From the NCBI GenBank assembly GCA_965219415.1, contig OZ244742.1, positions 1,632,001 to 1,696,000 on the forward strand: a DNA stretch of 64,000 bases, given 5' to 3'. Numbering within the stretch: position 1 is the stretch's first letter; each line of letters begins with the position of its first letter. This document shows positions 21,449-31,725 of the stretch, one piece after another. Made by a program: the position numbers and the translations under genes. The DNA comes from Candidatus Marinacidobacterales bacterium. GTDB lineage: Bacteria > Acidobacteriota > Vicinamibacteria > Marinacidobacterales > DATDRI01. The notes beneath the pieces are model-generated. The model searched no databases and had not been told where the DNA came from. It was given only the letters and a program-made list of their open reading frames with translations.

Positions 21449-22774
21449 TCATCGAATCAAATAGAGCTCGCTCTGTCTCCCGTCGATCCAATGCCAACCA
21501 TCTTCAAGAAGAGCCGCGTCTTCTTCCAGCGCGAATCGCACTTCCTTGCCGCCCCACTCCGGCACCTCCTGCTTAACATTGAGCTCGACGGAAAGCCAAG
21601 TGTTGGCTCGAAAGACAAACTCTCCTATTCCCGGAATTCCGTCCTGATAATCGGTCATGCCGATGGACGCGCCGGGAGCGTGACCGTAATAACCGATTGG
21701 GTGGCTATAGATCATGGGGTCGAGGCCTTCTGCCTTGGCTTGCTCCAACGCCTCTGCGAGAGCCTGATTCCCAGTGCGGCCAATGCGCGCCTTCTCCATG
21801 ATGATGTCTTGAAGTCGGTTGCCCGCCCGCTGACCGGCCGCCAAACCTGCCGGCGCCTCCGATTCTCCTGGCCGGAGAACGTAAGCGTTATGCTGGGTAT
21901 CGGTGGCAAGACCCAAGTAGCGGACGCCGAAGTCACAATGCAGGAAGTCGCCGCGCTCGATCACGTCGTAGCCAGGCTCGCCGTCTTCCGGTAGCTCGCC
22001 ACGACGTTGGATGGAGACCGACGGATGAAACCACTGCCCCAGCCCGAGCTCCGCGACTCTTTGTCTCATCCACCACTCGACATCGGCGGTCGTCGTCTGC
22101 CCCGGAACAATGACGCGATTCGAAAAGGCCTCCCGAATGATTTCATGAGCCACCTGCATGACGTGCCGGTACATGTCCGTCTGCTCAGGAAGCTTCACTT
22201 CGACCCATCCCACCGCAAGGTTCTCGGCCGAGACGACCCGGCCCGCGTACTTGGGAGTAAGAGCGTCGATCAGTTTTTCATGCTCGGTGAAGGTCAACCC
22301 GTCTCCGTGGTACCAAATGTCCGAGGTATTGATCCCGATAACCTTAGGGTCGCGTTCCTCGACGACTTGGCGAAGTCCCTCCCACTGTTCGTCATTCTTC
22401 GTCTTGTGCACTTCGAAAAGGCCCCGATAGTCGAAGCGCCCGATGGAAAGCCGTTCCACTGGTGTTTCCCCGCCCCGGTCGAAGAAGACGAGGATCGTTC
22501 GGCGACGAGACGCGTAGGTGGTAAGGGGCGCCATGGATCGAAAAACAGGATCATCGTTGTACTCCCGCGACACGATGATCCACATGTCGATCCCCTCGCG
22601 ATGCATGAGTCCTGGCAATAGCGTGTCGAATTTTTTCTCGATCCAGCCGTACGCGATAGGCGCCTGCTCGCGGTGGGTAAGCACGCGATTCGTGAGCCGC
22701 TCCTGACTCGCCGCCGTACCGGCCAGCATCAGGCCGCCCGCGAACAGAACGGAAACCCTCGCCAAACTACGCAT
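21449..22774 (-). CDS. Secreted M24-family (Xaa-Pro aminopeptidase-like) metallopeptidase
   Basis: Signal peptide; HCDFG..Y....TDTQ, SHPIGYYGH, SVE and LEED metal ligands. Confidence 0.85.
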   Translation of the reverse strand: MRSLARVSVLFAGGLMLAGTAASQERLTNRVLTHREQAPIAYGWIEKKFDTLLPGLMHREGIDMWIIVSREYNDDPVFRSMAPLTTYASRRRTILVFFDRGGETPVERLSIGRFDYRGLFEVHKTKNDEQWEGLRQVVEERDPKVIGINTSDIWYHGDGLTFTEHEKLIDALTPKYAGRVVSAENLAVGWVEVKLPEQTDMYRHVMQVAHEIIREAFSNRVIVPGQTTTADVEWWMRQRVAELGLGQWFHPSVSIQRRGELPEDGEPGYDVIERGDFLHCDFGVRYLGLATDTQHNAYVLRPGESEAPAGLAAGQRAGNRLQDIIMEKARIGRTGNQALAEALEQAKAEGLDPMIYSHPIGYYGHAPGASIGMTDYQDGIPGIGEFVFRANTWLSVELNVKQEVPEWGGKEVRFALEEDAALLEDGWHWIDGRQSELYLIR

Positions 22775-22843
22775 GGAAATCCCCCCTTTGATGGCTGCGG
22801 ATTGCGCGCAGAGTCTAGCATGGATTGAAGTATCCTCTTCGCG

Positions 22844-24169
22844 ATGGGTCCCCCTCTATACCGGCTGCTCCTACCCCTGGCCCGCATCTTGGTCTGGCTC
22901 TTCTTCCGAAAAGTGGAAGTGCGCGGCCGAGAGCACGTGCCGCCGGATGGCCCGATCGTCGTCGCGTCCAATCATCCCAACATGCTCATGGACGCCGTCC
23001 TCCTCGGCACGACGCAGCCACGAGCCCTGAGCTTCCTCGCCAAAGCGACCTTGTTCAGCAGTCCCCTACTGGGACGTTTTCTCGCGGCGGCCGGCGTCCT
23101 GCCGGTTTTCAGGAGAAGCGACAACCCCGAGGAGACGGGCAAGAACGAACTCACCTTCGGCGCCTGCTACGAGTTGCTTGAGAACAGCGGTGCCCTCGCC
23201 ATCTTCCCCGAAGGCGTCAGCCACGAACGGCACGCGGTGCCTCCGTTGAAGACCGGGTGTGCGCGCATCACGTTGGAGGCGGAAGAGCGAAACGATTTCC
23301 GCTTGGGCGTCAAAATTGTGCCCGTGGGTCTCTACTTTTCCGCTCCTTCCATATTCCGAAGCGATGTCCTCGTCGCCTACGGCCCCGCTATTGATCCGCA
23401 AGAGTACTTCGATCGCTATCGTTCCGAGCCCCAAGAGACGGTCCGCGAGCTCACCACCGCGCTCGGGCGCAGGCTAAGAGAGCTCACGCTCCACGTACCG
23501 CAGTCCGGGGACGAGCCACTGTTGAGCGCCTTGCGCCAGATATTCCCCGCGGGGCATGACATCAGCAGTCGCCTCGAGGTCGATCAAGAGCTCTTCAAGG
23601 CCATCAAGCACTTCAGCGTTCACGATCCGGCTCACTATCGCCGCTCGCGAGAGGATGTGCTGCGCTACGTTCGGTTGTTGGATGCGTTTGGATTGGAGCA
23701 CTCTCAGGTGAAGCGGCGTTACCCATTAGGACCGGTGCTCCGCTACATGCTGCCAAGAGTGGTCGTAGCTTCGCTGGGACTTCCTATCTTTCTGTACGGT
23801 GCGATCAACAACTTCTTGCCGTACAAAACACCCGGCTGGCTCTCACGCCTAGTTGCTCAGCACCCGGTGGAGATCGCGACCGTCAAGTTCGTCGCCGGGC
23901 TCTTGAGCTTCCCGCTCTTCTACGCCCTTCAGACCTGGGCGGTGGGCCACTGGACTGGAGTCGGCACTGCCATCATCTATTTAGTATCACTACCCATGAC
24001 CGGCCTTCTTGCTCTCGACTACCAAGAAAGAATGTCCGGCTTCTTCGAAGAGGTGCGGCTTTTCTTCGTCCACCTGTTCCGGCGCGATGAGATTAGCCGG
24101 CTCCAGCAGCGACGCGAATCCATTAAGCGTGAGCTCAAGCTCTACCGCGAGGAGTATCTGAAACTATAG
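22844..24169 (+). CDS. Lysophospholipid/glycerol-3-phosphate acyltransferase (PlsC superfamily) with C-terminal TMs
   Basis: NHPNMLMD (HX4D), FLAK, IFPEG, LKTG. Confidence 0.9.
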   Translation: MGPPLYRLLLPLARILVWLFFRKVEVRGREHVPPDGPIVVASNHPNMLMDAVLLGTTQPRALSFLAKATLFSSPLLGRFLAAAGVLPVFRRSDNPEETGKNELTFGACYELLENSGALAIFPEGVSHERHAVPPLKTGCARITLEAEERNDFRLGVKIVPVGLYFSAPSIFRSDVLVAYGPAIDPQEYFDRYRSEPQETVRELTTALGRRLRELTLHVPQSGDEPLLSALRQIFPAGHDISSRLEVDQELFKAIKHFSVHDPAHYRRSREDVLRYVRLLDAFGLEHSQVKRRYPLGPVLRYMLPRVVVASLGLPIFLYGAINNFLPYKTPGWLSRLVAQHPVEIATVKFVAGLLSFPLFYALQTWAVGHWTGVGTAIIYLVSLPMTGLLALDYQERMSGFFEEVRLFFVHLFRRDEISRLQQRRESIKRELKLYREEYLKL

Positions 24170-24441
24170 CAACTGCGTCCGGACCTAGTAACCAAAGGTA
24201 ACAACTTCGCTTCGGTCTACAAAGTGTAAACAAAGAGTAACGACGCGGCCGTCACATTGAACGCTATACCGAGCCCACACATCTCAGGCGACGCTAGACG
24301 TCAAATCCGTCCTGTCAAGAAAACCGCCCCTCCGTAGGCCTTTCACCACGGCCAGCCAGCGGCGCCGGCGGTAAGCTCTTACCAGCAAAGACCTTGATCC
24401 CGATTGTCCGCGGCACAAAGCTTGCACCTTTTTTGGGAAAA

Positions 24442-25897
24442 ATGTCGGCCGCACATCCAACCAAAGTCGGGAAGTACGACGTCTCATCGGTCTTGGGACA
24501 CGGTGCCATGGGCGTCGTCTATCGCGCCGTCGATTCCGGGCTAGGACGACAGGTCGCCATCAAGGCGATGTCCACCGACCTTCCGTCCGACTCCGAGTTC
24601 AGGATTCGTTTCGTTCGAGAAGCGCGGGCGGTCGCCCAGCTCCAACATCCCAACATCATTACCATCCACGAGCTGGTCGAAGAGGAAGGCACGCACTACA
24701 TCGTGATGGAGCTCCTCGAAGGTGCTTCACTCAGCACGCTCATCAGGAAGCGACCGATGGATCTGGCGGAGAAGCTCTCCATCCTTCGCCAAATCGCGGC
24801 CGGACTCCAGTGCGCACACGAAGACGGAATCGTCCACCGCGATCTCAAACCCAGCAACTTCTTCGTGCTGCGAAACGGTGTCGTCAAAGTCTTGGACTTC
24901 GGCGTCGCCAAGATAGGCGAGGGTGAGTTGACCCGCGCAGGGACGGTTTTCGGGACCGTTGAGTACATGTCACCCGAGCAGGTACGTGGCGAATCGGTGG
25001 ACACCCAAGCCGACATCTTCTCTCTCGGCGTCGTGGCCTACGAGCTTCTCATCGGACGCAATCCCTTCCGGGCCGAGACACTGGCCGCCTCGGTTTTCAA
25101 GATCCTTTCCGATGAACCGGGGAGCCTTGCGAAACAAGCAGAGGGCATCACCTCGGGATTGGAAGATCTCGTCTTTCGCGCCATCGCCAAGAAGACGGCG
25201 GCACGATTCGGAAGCATGGCGGAGTTCAGCGAAATCTTGGACGCCGTTGCGCTGGACGCCGGGATCGAACCTCGCCCTCCGGTGCTCTCGGACGACGACA
25301 TCGAGACCGGAAAAGAAGTGGTACCGGAGCACGCCCCTACTGCCGATCCGGTAGTCAATCAGTGGTCGCGTGTGGCCGAGGTCGCCGGGCAACTCGAAGA
25401 GGTCTATCAGCAAGGCCTCGACAAGTTCAACGCTCAGGATTACGAAGGCGCCGTCCTTTCGATGAGCCAAGTCCTTGGACGAGGTGCTAGTCCACTCGAT
25501 GGCGCTCCACTATTTATCTCAGAGCGAAGAGAAACTCCGACAGAAAAGCTTGGATGAATCCAAACACCAAGAAGCGACGACACTACTGGTCGCGATGAGA
25601 ACGGCACACCGGCAAGCCGATCCCAAAGAAGTCATCGACATCGTGACCAAGGTCCTCGCGGTCGATCCGGAATCGATGGAAGCCAGGTGGTACCGGCGCG
25701 CCGCGGAAACAAGGCTCACGTCTTCGTCGCACACACGGGGTGGCTCGGTCGTCTCACCAAGGAAGGTCCGCAGCCGATTGCAGCAGCAGGACGCCGCCGC
25801 CTTGAAACCGACACTCGTCGTACCGGTCATGTCCTCCTCCGCGCAGCAACGCTCCCTCGGTGTTTGGCTCCTCGCGGGCGCGGGCGCGCTCGGCTAG
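24442..25897 (+). CDS. Ser/Thr protein kinase (Hanks type) with TPR-like region; frameshift ~25475, apparently truncated at TM helix
   Basis: LGHGAMGVVY, VAIK, HRDLKPSN, DFG, GTVEYMSPE, DIFSLG; continues in ORF 25475-25897. Confidence 0.85.
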
Positions 25898-26899
25898 TTG
25901 CCTGCGAGCTCGGACAACGTCCATGTCGCTATCGGCTTCATGAAGTCGCTCAAACCCGGTGGCGGGACGAATCTCTACGACGGACTTTCTATGGGACTCG
26001 AGGACCTGGACGACGATCGAGCCTCTAGCATCGTGCTCGTGACGGATGCGGTCACCAACACCGGCATCGTGGATCCCAAGGAGTTCCATCAGCTGATGCA
26101 GAGGGTCGACGTGCGGGTCTTCAGCTTCCTAATGGGGAACAATGCGAACTGGCCGCTGATGCGGACCATCACCGACGCGAGTGGGAGCTTTTGGAAGCCG
26201 ATCTCGAACTCCGACGACATCATCGGCGAGATCTTGCTGGCCAAGAGCAAGATTACGCATGAGAGCCTTCACGACGCCGAGATCAAAGTGCGCGGGGTCA
26301 AGGTCTTCGATGCCACCGACGAAATGATCGGAAAGATCTACCGCGGGCAGAGCTGGTTCTCTTCGGGCGTTACGAGACAGGCGGCAAAGCGAACCTATCA
26401 CTGGATGCTCGCATGACTGGCGAGGACAAAACCTATTCGACGAGCTTTGACTTCCCGGACATCGATACCGACAACCCCGAGATCGAGAGGCTCTGGGCGC
26501 TCAATCGCATCGAGACCATGGAGGCCAAGCGAGACGCAGGCTTCCTGCCGGAGAATGAAGCCCGGCAGGCCATCGTTGACATGGGCGTCGCCTACCAACT
26601 CGTCACCGACCACACCTCGATGGTCGTACTCTTCTGATGAGAGTTTCGTAAAGCGTGGAATCGACAGAAGGAATCAGCGTCGGACTGGAATCGAGCGCCA
26701 AGCCCAGGCGGTTCGGAGCAGTCAGCCACCCAGCAACCGGCGGGTGGACCAATCGTCACCCATGTTCAAGCACCGCGCACCGAGGCCCGGCCGCAGCCGA
26801 GGGGGCGGAGCCATCGATCCCTTGACCGGAACGATGGCACTGGGTCTCGTCGGCTGGGCGCTCGCGGCGCGCCGGCGCAGGAAGACTCTCGATCGGTAG
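25898..26899 (+). CDS. C-terminal part of VIT/vWA-domain protein with GlyGly-CTERM sorting signal (frameshifts ~26352, ~26632; N-terminus missing)
   Basis: vWA motifs GGGTNLY, IVLVTDA, RLWA, YQLVTDHTSMVVL; C-terminus SRGGGAIDPLTGTMALGLVGWALAARRRRK. Confidence 0.8.
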
Positions 26900-26903
26900 G
26901 TCG

Positions 26904-27581
26904 ATGAAGTTAAGAGCACTTGGTGATGTAGCGAGGCGCTTTCCGTGCGCCTCGCTGCTCCTCGGTGCCCTTGCAGTCGTGGTCTACGCGTTTCCGGCGC
27001 TCGCGGATGGGCTTCAATACGATCGGGCGGCGGTCCTAAAGGGAGAGCTTTGGAGGATCGTCACGTGCCATTGGACACATTGGTCGCTCGATCACCTGTT
27101 ATGGGATCTCGCGATCTTTGTCGGGCTGGGCGCCGCGTGCGAGCAGATGAATCGCTCGCGCTACCTTGCCGGACTGACGCTGTCCGCGATCCTCATCCCC
27201 TTGACGGTGTTGGTTCTCCTGCCCGGCATCGAGACCTATCGTGGCCTATCGGGTCTCGACTCCACGCTTTTTGCGCTGCTCGTGATTTTCAACCTGGACA
27301 AGAGATTGAGCCTCGGCGTGGGGTTTTTCGTTGGCTTTCTTCTAAAAACCGCCTACGAGTTGGCGACCGGCGGGACCGTCTTCGTTTCGGGCTCCCCCGA
27401 CATCGTGTCGGTCCCGTTGGCTCACGCGGTCGGCGCGGCGATTGGAATACTCATGGTGCTCGATAGGCGTGGATTAGGAACAACGACCCGCCCCCAAGCT
27501 CTTTGTGCTAACCTCCGTGACAACCGGCGGAGGGCCTTCCGTTGCTCCTCGATTTCGGAATCATCGCCAGCTACTTTCTGA
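26904..27581 (+). CDS. rrtA: Rhombosortase (GlyGly-CTERM-processing rhomboid)
   Basis: LQYDR..GELWRIVTCHWTHWSLDHLLWD, YRGLSG (catalytic Ser), AHAVGA (catalytic His); 4 bp after the GlyGly-CTERM gene. Confidence 0.85.
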   Translation: MKLRALGDVARRFPCASLLLGALAVVVYAFPALADGLQYDRAAVLKGELWRIVTCHWTHWSLDHLLWDLAIFVGLGAACEQMNRSRYLAGLTLSAILIPLTVLVLLPGIETYRGLSGLDSTLFALLVIFNLDKRLSLGVGFFVGFLLKTAYELATGGTVFVSGSPDIVSVPLAHAVGAAIGILMVLDRRGLGTTTRPQALCANLRDNRRRAFRCSSISESSPATF

Positions 27582-29098
27582 TCGTTCTTCTCATCGGATT
27601 GTGGTCCCGAGTGGGCAAGGACGTTACTCCCGATCAGTACTTCCTCAGCTCGCGCTCACTCAAGTGGCCTTCCATCGCCATCTCCACCATCGCAACGAAT
27701 ATCCATGCCGGACACTTCGTCGGAATGACTGGCTCGGCGTATCTCTACGGTTTGGCGCAAGCGAACCTCGAGATCAACGCCATCTTCGGCATTGTCATCG
27801 CCACACTCTTCTTCGTGCCGCTATTTCTGCGACAACGAGTCACGACGATCACCCAGTTCCTCGAGAACAAACTGGGACCCTATGTTGCCCTGGCCTACTC
27901 CTCGTTCATGATCCTCCTGTACGGGTTCTTGTTCATGGGCTCGGCCCTCTTTTGGGCTTCCTATGCGATCGATGGACTGTTCGGCGAGCTCATCGGAACC
28001 TCGGCTCTCGCCCCCCCCTGGGGTCTTTTTGCCTTGTCCATCGTCCTGGCAGCGTTCTCCGCCTTCTACACTTACCTAGGAGGCCTCCGGGCCGTAGTTC
28101 GCACCGATGTGGTTCAGTTCGTCCTGCTCCTCGGTGGTGGACTGGTCACCGTTTTCTTCGCCATCAAAGCGCTGGGTGGATGGCCGGAGCTCTGGTCCCA
28201 AACCCCGCAACTGATGCACTTGCACTTGCCGCGAGATCACGAAGCGCTGCCCTGGATCGGGCTCTTCGGCATGAACCTCCTCAATCTGAACTATTGGGGA
28301 GCCAATCAAGTCATTCTGCAGAGGGCGCTGGCAGCCAAAGACCTTCGACAGGCTCAAATCGGCCTCTTGGTGGGCGGCGCCATCAAATACGTCATGGTCG
28401 TGATCGTGATCGTTCCGGGAATCGCGCTCGCCGGAATCCTCCGAGACGATCCGCTCGAGGATCCCGATCAAGCGTATCTGACTCTGGTGAAGACTCTCCT
28501 TCCGGTGGGCCTCCGGGGGCTCGTCCTCTGCGGTCTTTTCGCTTCATTGATGAGCACGGTCGACTCCATCTACAACTCGGTGTCCACCATGTGGTCGGTG
28601 GACATCTACAAGAGGCACTTGAGACCGGAGGCGAGCAATTCTCAGATGGTGCGGGCCGCCCGAGCGGCCATGGTCGGCACGATGCTCTGTGGCTTGGCTT
28701 TCGCGTTCATGATGATCAGCGCCAAGCTCGGCAGTCAATCGTCGGCTTTCACGCACTGGTTCAACGAGCTCTCCTACTACGTCAAGAACGGTTTCGTGTT
28801 GCTCATTCTGGCGGCCGTCCTTCTCATCAAGCCGGCTAGAGCTCTCGTTCTGATCGTTCTAATCTCGAGCTGCTTGCTGTACTACGTTTTGAGCTTGGCT
28901 TTTCCAGCTATGAATTACTTCGTCCGCTCGGGCTGGGTCATCGTGGCGAGCTTTGCGATCGTCGCCATTCCCACTGTCTACAGGAACGGTTGGCGGCTGC
29001 CCGAAGGTAACTTCCTCGAGGTTTCTCATCCGCGGGTGGGGCACTTTGCGCTGGCCCTACTCGCTTCGCTCGTCTTCTGTCATATCGTTTTTCACTGA
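27542..29098 (+). CDS. SLC5 sodium:solute symporter (sugar/inositol, SGLT-like)
   Basis: YFLSSRSL, GGLRAVVRTDVVQ, YWGANQVILQRALAAK, ASLMSTVDS. Confidence 0.9.
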   Translation: MLLDFGIIASYFLIVLLIGLWSRVGKDVTPDQYFLSSRSLKWPSIAISTIATNIHAGHFVGMTGSAYLYGLAQANLEINAIFGIVIATLFFVPLFLRQRVTTITQFLENKLGPYVALAYSSFMILLYGFLFMGSALFWASYAIDGLFGELIGTSALAPPWGLFALSIVLAAFSAFYTYLGGLRAVVRTDVVQFVLLLGGGLVTVFFAIKALGGWPELWSQTPQLMHLHLPRDHEALPWIGLFGMNLLNLNYWGANQVILQRALAAKDLRQAQIGLLVGGAIKYVMVVIVIVPGIALAGILRDDPLEDPDQAYLTLVKTLLPVGLRGLVLCGLFASLMSTVDSIYNSVSTMWSVDIYKRHLRPEASNSQMVRAARAAMVGTMLCGLAFAFMMISAKLGSQSSAFTHWFNELSYYVKNGFVLLILAAVLLIKPARALVLIVLISSCLLYYVLSLAFPAMNYFVRSGWVIVASFAIVAIPTVYRNGWRLPEGNFLEVSHPRVGHFALALLASLVFCHIVFH

Positions 29099-29333
29099 GG
29101 CAGGGACATTTGAATTGACTTGACGTGCGGGTTCTTTTGATGCATTGTGAGGACGCCTTCGAGCTTCTGCCTGTTGAAATCACGCTGCCGGGGCTAGCCT
29201 GAATCTGCTCAGGTAACCAAGCGGGGTCGCGCGGCAAGCGAGACCGCTCTTCTTCAACTTGGCATCACGCAACACGCCCCAGCTCAGCTGTCCCGGAGCG
29301 CGTGACTCTCCGGTGTTTCCAGGGAGGACAAGT

Positions 29334-30134
29334 GTGAAGAGAGGACAAATCGCTGTCGCGAACGGGACCGCCGAACACTTCTCGGTCATCGCACCACGCT
29401 ACAGCGATCTCCGCACCACCGACCCGGAAGTGATTTCTCGCCTGATTGAAAAACTACCGGCCCGACGACCACTCCGCATCGTGGACGTCGGTTGCGGAAG
29501 CGGCCGGTACGATCTTGAGCTGCTTTCCCGGTTGGGCCAGACATCGAGCTTGATTTGTCTGGACTACAATTTCGAAATGCTCCGTACCCTTCACCAGGAG
29601 CTCCAACGGCAGTGCCTGGCCGGCTACTCCGTGCTACGAGCTTCTGCGTGCGCTCTCCCTTTCCGCAAGCAATATTTGGATTCCGTGCTGACGTTCAACG
29701 CTATCCATCACTTCAACGTCCCGGCGTTCTTACGTGAATGCGCCCGCGTCGTGCGTCCCAACGGCTCGGTTCTCATCTATACGCGAACCCGCTCTCAAAA
29801 TCGCAGCAACATCTGGGGGCAATATTTCCCTTTGTTCTCCGAAAAGGAGACGCGGCTCTTCGAGCTCTCCGAGCTCGAAGAGCTCGTTACAAAAACGCCG
29901 GGGCTCAATCTCGAGGAGGTCCAGGAGTTCCGATTCGATCGTCTAGCCTCGATCGATTGGCTGATCGAGCAAGCAACAAATCACCATTACTCTACGTTCG
30001 CGCTCTATGAGCCCGACGAGCTCGACCGAGCGATGGGGCAATTCAGGGACAACGTCCGCCGCGACTACCCGGATCCGGCGCACGTGACTTGGCAAGACAC
30101 CAACACGCTACTCGTTGTGCGGTCAGGCTCCTGA
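29334..30134 (+). CDS. Class I SAM-dependent methyltransferase
   Basis: VDVGCGSG, LDYNFEML, ALPF, NAIHHF; GTG start after GGGAGG RBS. Confidence 0.88.
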   Translation: MKRGQIAVANGTAEHFSVIAPRYSDLRTTDPEVISRLIEKLPARRPLRIVDVGCGSGRYDLELLSRLGQTSSLICLDYNFEMLRTLHQELQRQCLAGYSVLRASACALPFRKQYLDSVLTFNAIHHFNVPAFLRECARVVRPNGSVLIYTRTRSQNRSNIWGQYFPLFSEKETRLFELSELEELVTKTPGLNLEEVQEFRFDRLASIDWLIEQATNHHYSTFALYEPDELDRAMGQFRDNVRRDYPDPAHVTWQDTNTLLVVRSGS

Positions 30135-30152
30135 CATTTCCCGTGAAAAGGG

Positions 30153-31631
30153 TCAGAATTTCCGCGACCACTCCTTGGGCCAGCGCTCCACGACGACTTT
30201 CGCCTGCGTAAAAAATTCCACCGCGTGGCGGCCTTGCGCGTGGAGATCACCGAAGAAACTGTCCTTCCATCCGCTGAAGGGGAAAAACGCCATCGGCGCG
30301 GCAACGCCGGCGTTGATGCCGATGTTCCCCACCTGAGCGTCGAAGCGGAACTGGCGTGCCGCGGCTCCGCTGCCGGTGAAGAAACAAGCCATGTTTCCAT
30401 AGGAACCGCCGTTGATGAAAGCGATCGCCTCTTCCACCGTTTCCACATGCATCAAGCCCAGAACCGGCCCGAAGATCTCGGTGCGAGCGATTTCGCCTTT
30501 GGGATTCACATCCCGCAGAACGGTCGGACCGACGAAGTTCCCTCTTTCGTACCCGGGGGTCGAGGCCCCTCGACCGTCCACCAGCAGCTCGGCCCCCTCG
30601 TCGGCACCGGTTTCTATCAACCCCTCGATCCGGGATTTGCTTTGGGTCGTAATCACCGGCCCCATCTGTACGCCGTCTTCCAAACCGTAACCGACGACGC
30701 GCGAGGAAGCCGCCTCGGTCAACGCTTCGGCGAAAGGATCGCGTGCCTCTCCGACGGTAATCGCAAGTGATGCGGCCAAGCACCGCTGCCCCGCACAACC
30801 GAAGGCACTGTCCGCCGCGATGCGCGTCGTCATCTCCAAGTCGGCGTCGGGAAGAATAATGATGGGGTTCTTGGCCCCACCCTGGCATTGGGCTCGCTTA
30901 CCATTGGCGGTCGCTCGGCTATAAACGTAGCGGGCGACCGGTGTGGAGCCCACGAAACTGACGGCTCGAATATCCGGATGATCGAGGATGGCATCCACCG
31001 CCTCCTTCGTGCCGTTCACCAAGTTGACGACCCCTTTGGGAAGCTTTGTTTCGTCCAGCAGCTCGAAGATCTTAGCCATCGTGAGAGTCACTTTCTCCGA
31101 AGGCTTCAGCACAACGGTGTTCCCACAGGCAATGGCATAGGGCAGGAACCAAAACGAGATCATCGCCGGAAAGTTGAAGGGGCCGATCACCGCTACCACG
31201 CCAATGGGTTGACGGATCATCAGCTCGTCGATGCCTGGGGCGATGTCTTCCGAAGTCTGCCCTTGCATCATGGCCGGGATACCGCACGCGACCTCGACGT
31301 TTTCGATAGCCCGCCGCATCTCACCACGGGACTCCTCGAGCGTCTTGCCGGACTCCTTGGTGATGATGTGAGAAATCTCCTCCAAGCCTTCCTCCAGTAG
31401 GACCTTCAGCCTGAAGAGATACTGAATGCGTTCGCCCGCAGGGGTTCGCCTCCAAGACTCGAAGGCGACCGAAGCAGCCCGCGTCGCTTCCTGAACGTCC
31501 AGAGCTGGGCTGAGCGGAACCTGGGCTAACACTTCGGTGGTGGCGGGATTCAATACCTCCAGCGCCTCGGTGGCCTGTGAGTTTCTCCAACTGCCATCAA
31601 TATAGTTATCGAGAAATTGGCTCTCTCCCAT
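30153..31631 (-). CDS. mmsA: CoA-acylating (methyl)malonate-semialdehyde dehydrogenase
   Basis: [50 protein letters not shown]. Confidence 0.92.
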   Translation of the reverse strand: MGESQFLDNYIDGSWRNSQATEALEVLNPATTEVLAQVPLSPALDVQEATRAASVAFESWRRTPAGERIQYLFRLKVLLEEGLEEISHIITKESGKTLEESRGEMRRAIENVEVACGIPAMMQGQTSEDIAPGIDELMIRQPIGVVAVIGPFNFPAMISFWFLPYAIACGNTVVLKPSEKVTLTMAKIFELLDETKLPKGVVNLVNGTKEAVDAILDHPDIRAVSFVGSTPVARYVYSRATANGKRAQCQGGAKNPIIILPDADLEMTTRIAADSAFGCAGQRCLAASLAITVGEARDPFAEALTEAASSRVVGYGLEDGVQMGPVITTQSKSRIEGLIETGADEGAELLVDGRGASTPGYERGNFVGPTVLRDVNPKGEIARTEIFGPVLGLMHVETVEEAIAFINGGSYGNMACFFTGSGAAARQFRFDAQVGNIGINAGVAAPMAFFPFSGWKDSFFGDLHAQGRHAVEFFTQAKVVVERWPKEWSRKF

Positions 31632-31725
31632 TTCCCAGGGCCTCCAGAAACAGAACCTGTTTGTTTCATCCAGTATAGCGTTCTTTTCCCTGTGTTAGAA
31701 TCACGGCCAATGCAGAGGACTTCGA

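Noticed and set aside
27505-28839. Long overlapping or antisense ORFs (e.g. 444 aa here, 50879-51913, 14955-15824)
   Set aside because: Arg/Pro-rich shadow frames of recognisable genes, expected at high GC; no motifs.
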